Shown in pieces: positions 62,666 to 64,000 of a DNA stretch of 64,000 nt. The notes beneath the pieces were generated by a model. It did not search any database. It saw only the letters and a program-made list of their open reading frames with translations, and was not told the origin of the DNA. The first letter of the stretch is position 1. Each line of letters begins with the position of its first letter. The translations under genes were made by a program, and so were the position numbers. Origin of the DNA: Segetibacter sp. (GTDB lineage: Bacteria; Bacteroidota; Bacteroidia; Chitinophagales; Chitinophagaceae); contig JANMMU010000021.1 in NCBI GenBank assembly GCA_031373555.1, positions 74,523 through 138,522 on the forward strand. The letters run 5' to 3'.

Positions 62666-64000
62666 ATGAAAAAAATTGTTTCACTCATGCTAGTGAGTCT
62701 ATTTTCAATGGGGCTTACCAAAACACTGCTTGGACAGCAAGCACCTACCATAACCGCAGTAGGCGGCGGCGCACCAGCTACCTGCATGAGTCCCAACCCG
62801 GCAAATGCCAACTACACTGCTACCTACCAAGTGAACGTACCCGCTAATATTAGTGTAACCGGCCTTAATGCTGGCGGTGACCTTGTGATTACTGCACAAC
62901 CCTGCACTTATCCAATCAATGGCGGTTCATCGGGTACCACATTCACGGTTACCGTACAAAGCACCAACAACAGCCGTGAACTTTCCAACACCTGCGACAA
63001 TTATTTGCTACCTGTCACACCCCCTATTGGCAACGAGTTAGGCGTGAATGCCACCAATTGGGGTTTTGCCAAGGCGAGGTTAAGTGTGAACTGGAACACC
63101 GGGAGTTGCAATGATTTGACGAGTCTTGACATTTTTAAAAGCTTTACCCTCCACCCACGCATTATCGGGCCGAAGTGTATAAAGGAAGGCGATAAAATAA
63201 CATTTTCTGTCTGCAATATCTTAAGCGGACGCAACACCCCGAGTGCTTTAGGACAGGATAAATATTATTGGACGGGTTCTACCTCCAATAACTACGATAA
63301 TACTATTTATCCTGATGGGCTTTACTATTTGTATAGCAGTGCTGATGGCAGTTCTATTACTTTTAAGGTAATTGACTATACTTTTATAGGGAAAAAGCTG
63401 TACTGCCGCTTTGGACAGTGTAATCCTACTACAGTTTCGGATGTTACATTAAGTGCTATTACATTTCCTCCTACCCTAAGCGTACGTGTCGGTGGTATAA
63501 CTATTGCACCTGCGTCAACGAATCCCCTTAGTTATTGCATTGCACCTAACGTGACACAGATTGTTATTGCAGGAGACCCTCCCAATGTACCACAAGGATT
63601 TCCTATCTATAATTATGAATTGAGTAGTAATAACTACGGTTGGGGATTTCCAACTACTCAAACCTTAGCCTTTAGCGAAAGATTTAGCTGGTCTAAAAAC
63701 GCTACTATAGGAATAATAGGGGGAGAAATTTATGTTAAAACTTCCGGAACCTGCGATACCCGTACCGATGTGATAAAAATAAACAGGAACCTGAATACTC
63801 CCACCTATTACATCACTTCAAATTCTTTAATAGGTGGCAATTGTATATTGGCAGGTAGTCGTGGCGAATACACTATAACGCCATATCCCGGCAATGTGGC
63901 TATCGGCTGGTCATCTCAATGGCCCGTGTCCCCAAATACTCCTTCAAATGGCAATACCATATCTTTGACAGCGGGCACTACGAATGCAATACTAACTGCT
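62666..64000 (+). CDS. Large Cys-rich secreted/surface protein (first 445 codons; runs off the window end)
   Basis: Absent from the ORF track because it has no stop. I translated it by hand as MKKIVSLMLVSLFSMGLTKTLLGQQAPTITAVGGGAPATCMSPNP...; it stays open through base 64000. It has a signal peptide and many Cys residues. Segments such as IIGPKCIKEGDKITFSV resemble the start of Ig-like repeat modules of Bacteroidota adhesins. It is noticeably GC-richer than its surroundings. Confidence 0.7.
   Translation, partial: MKKIVSLMLVSLFSMGLTKTLLGQQAPTITAVGGGAPATCMSPNPANANYTATYQVNVPANISVTGLNAGGDLVITAQPCTYPINGGSSGTTFTVTVQSTNNSRELSNTCDNYLLPVTPPIGNELGVNATNWGFAKARLSVNWNTGSCNDLTSLDIFKSFTLHPRIIGPKCIKEGDKITFSVCNILSGRNTPSALGQDKYYWTGSTSNNYDNTIYPDGLYYLYSSADGSSITFKVIDYTFIGKKLYCRFGQCNPTTVSDVTLSAITFPPTLSVRVGGITIAPASTNPLSYCIAPNVTQIVIAGDPPNVPQGFPIYNYELSSNNYGWGFPTTQTLAFSERFSWSKNATIGIIGGEIYVKTSGTCDTRTDVIKINRNLNTPTYYITSNSLIGGNCILAGSRGEYTITPYPGNVAIGWSSQWPVSPNTPSNGNTISLTAGTTNAILTA

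Overview
This 64-kb window looks like a gene-dense, AT-rich chromosomal segment of a Bacteroidota-type genome. That placement is inferred from several things: a ribosomal protein THX gene, TonB-dependent receptor plus surface-lipoprotein loci, many lipobox proteins, no Shine-Dalgarno-like leaders, and TTG/GTG starts. I count about 55 protein genes, one tRNA-Arg(CCT) and one cobalamin riboswitch. I saw no transposase, integrase, CRISPR array or rRNA. Most of the content is housekeeping: dprA, recR, radA, comF, uvrA, xth, tadA, holB, coaX, lptC, pdxH, hemN, HU, THX, two glutathione peroxidases, an RND efflux triplet and sugar/acid metabolism genes. Accessory or unusual content is as follows. (1) A thioester-containing alpha-2-macroglobulin/PBP1C locus is interrupted by a small retropepsin-like protease gene. 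That gene is bracketed by a duplicated hairpin junction, and the locus is followed by a very AT-rich 619-aa secreted orphan. (2) A DUF4143-type AAA+ ATPase gene is flanked by ~100-bp direct repeats, each with a 19-20 bp hairpin kept intact by compensatory substitutions. (3) Several spacers are built from degenerate heptad repeats followed by their own complement. (4) A MazF-type toxin-antitoxin pair is present. (5) A cluster combines a RIC di-iron protein, a PAS kinase, a REC::Crp hybrid regulator and HemN, with strong palindromes in its promoter region. (6) An orphan intrinsic terminator sits in a 440-bp gene-free spacer. (7) A C9 tract lies upstream of a GC-shifted, Cys-rich secreted protein that runs off the window end. 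All protein family calls come from motif recognition by eye; no database search was possible.
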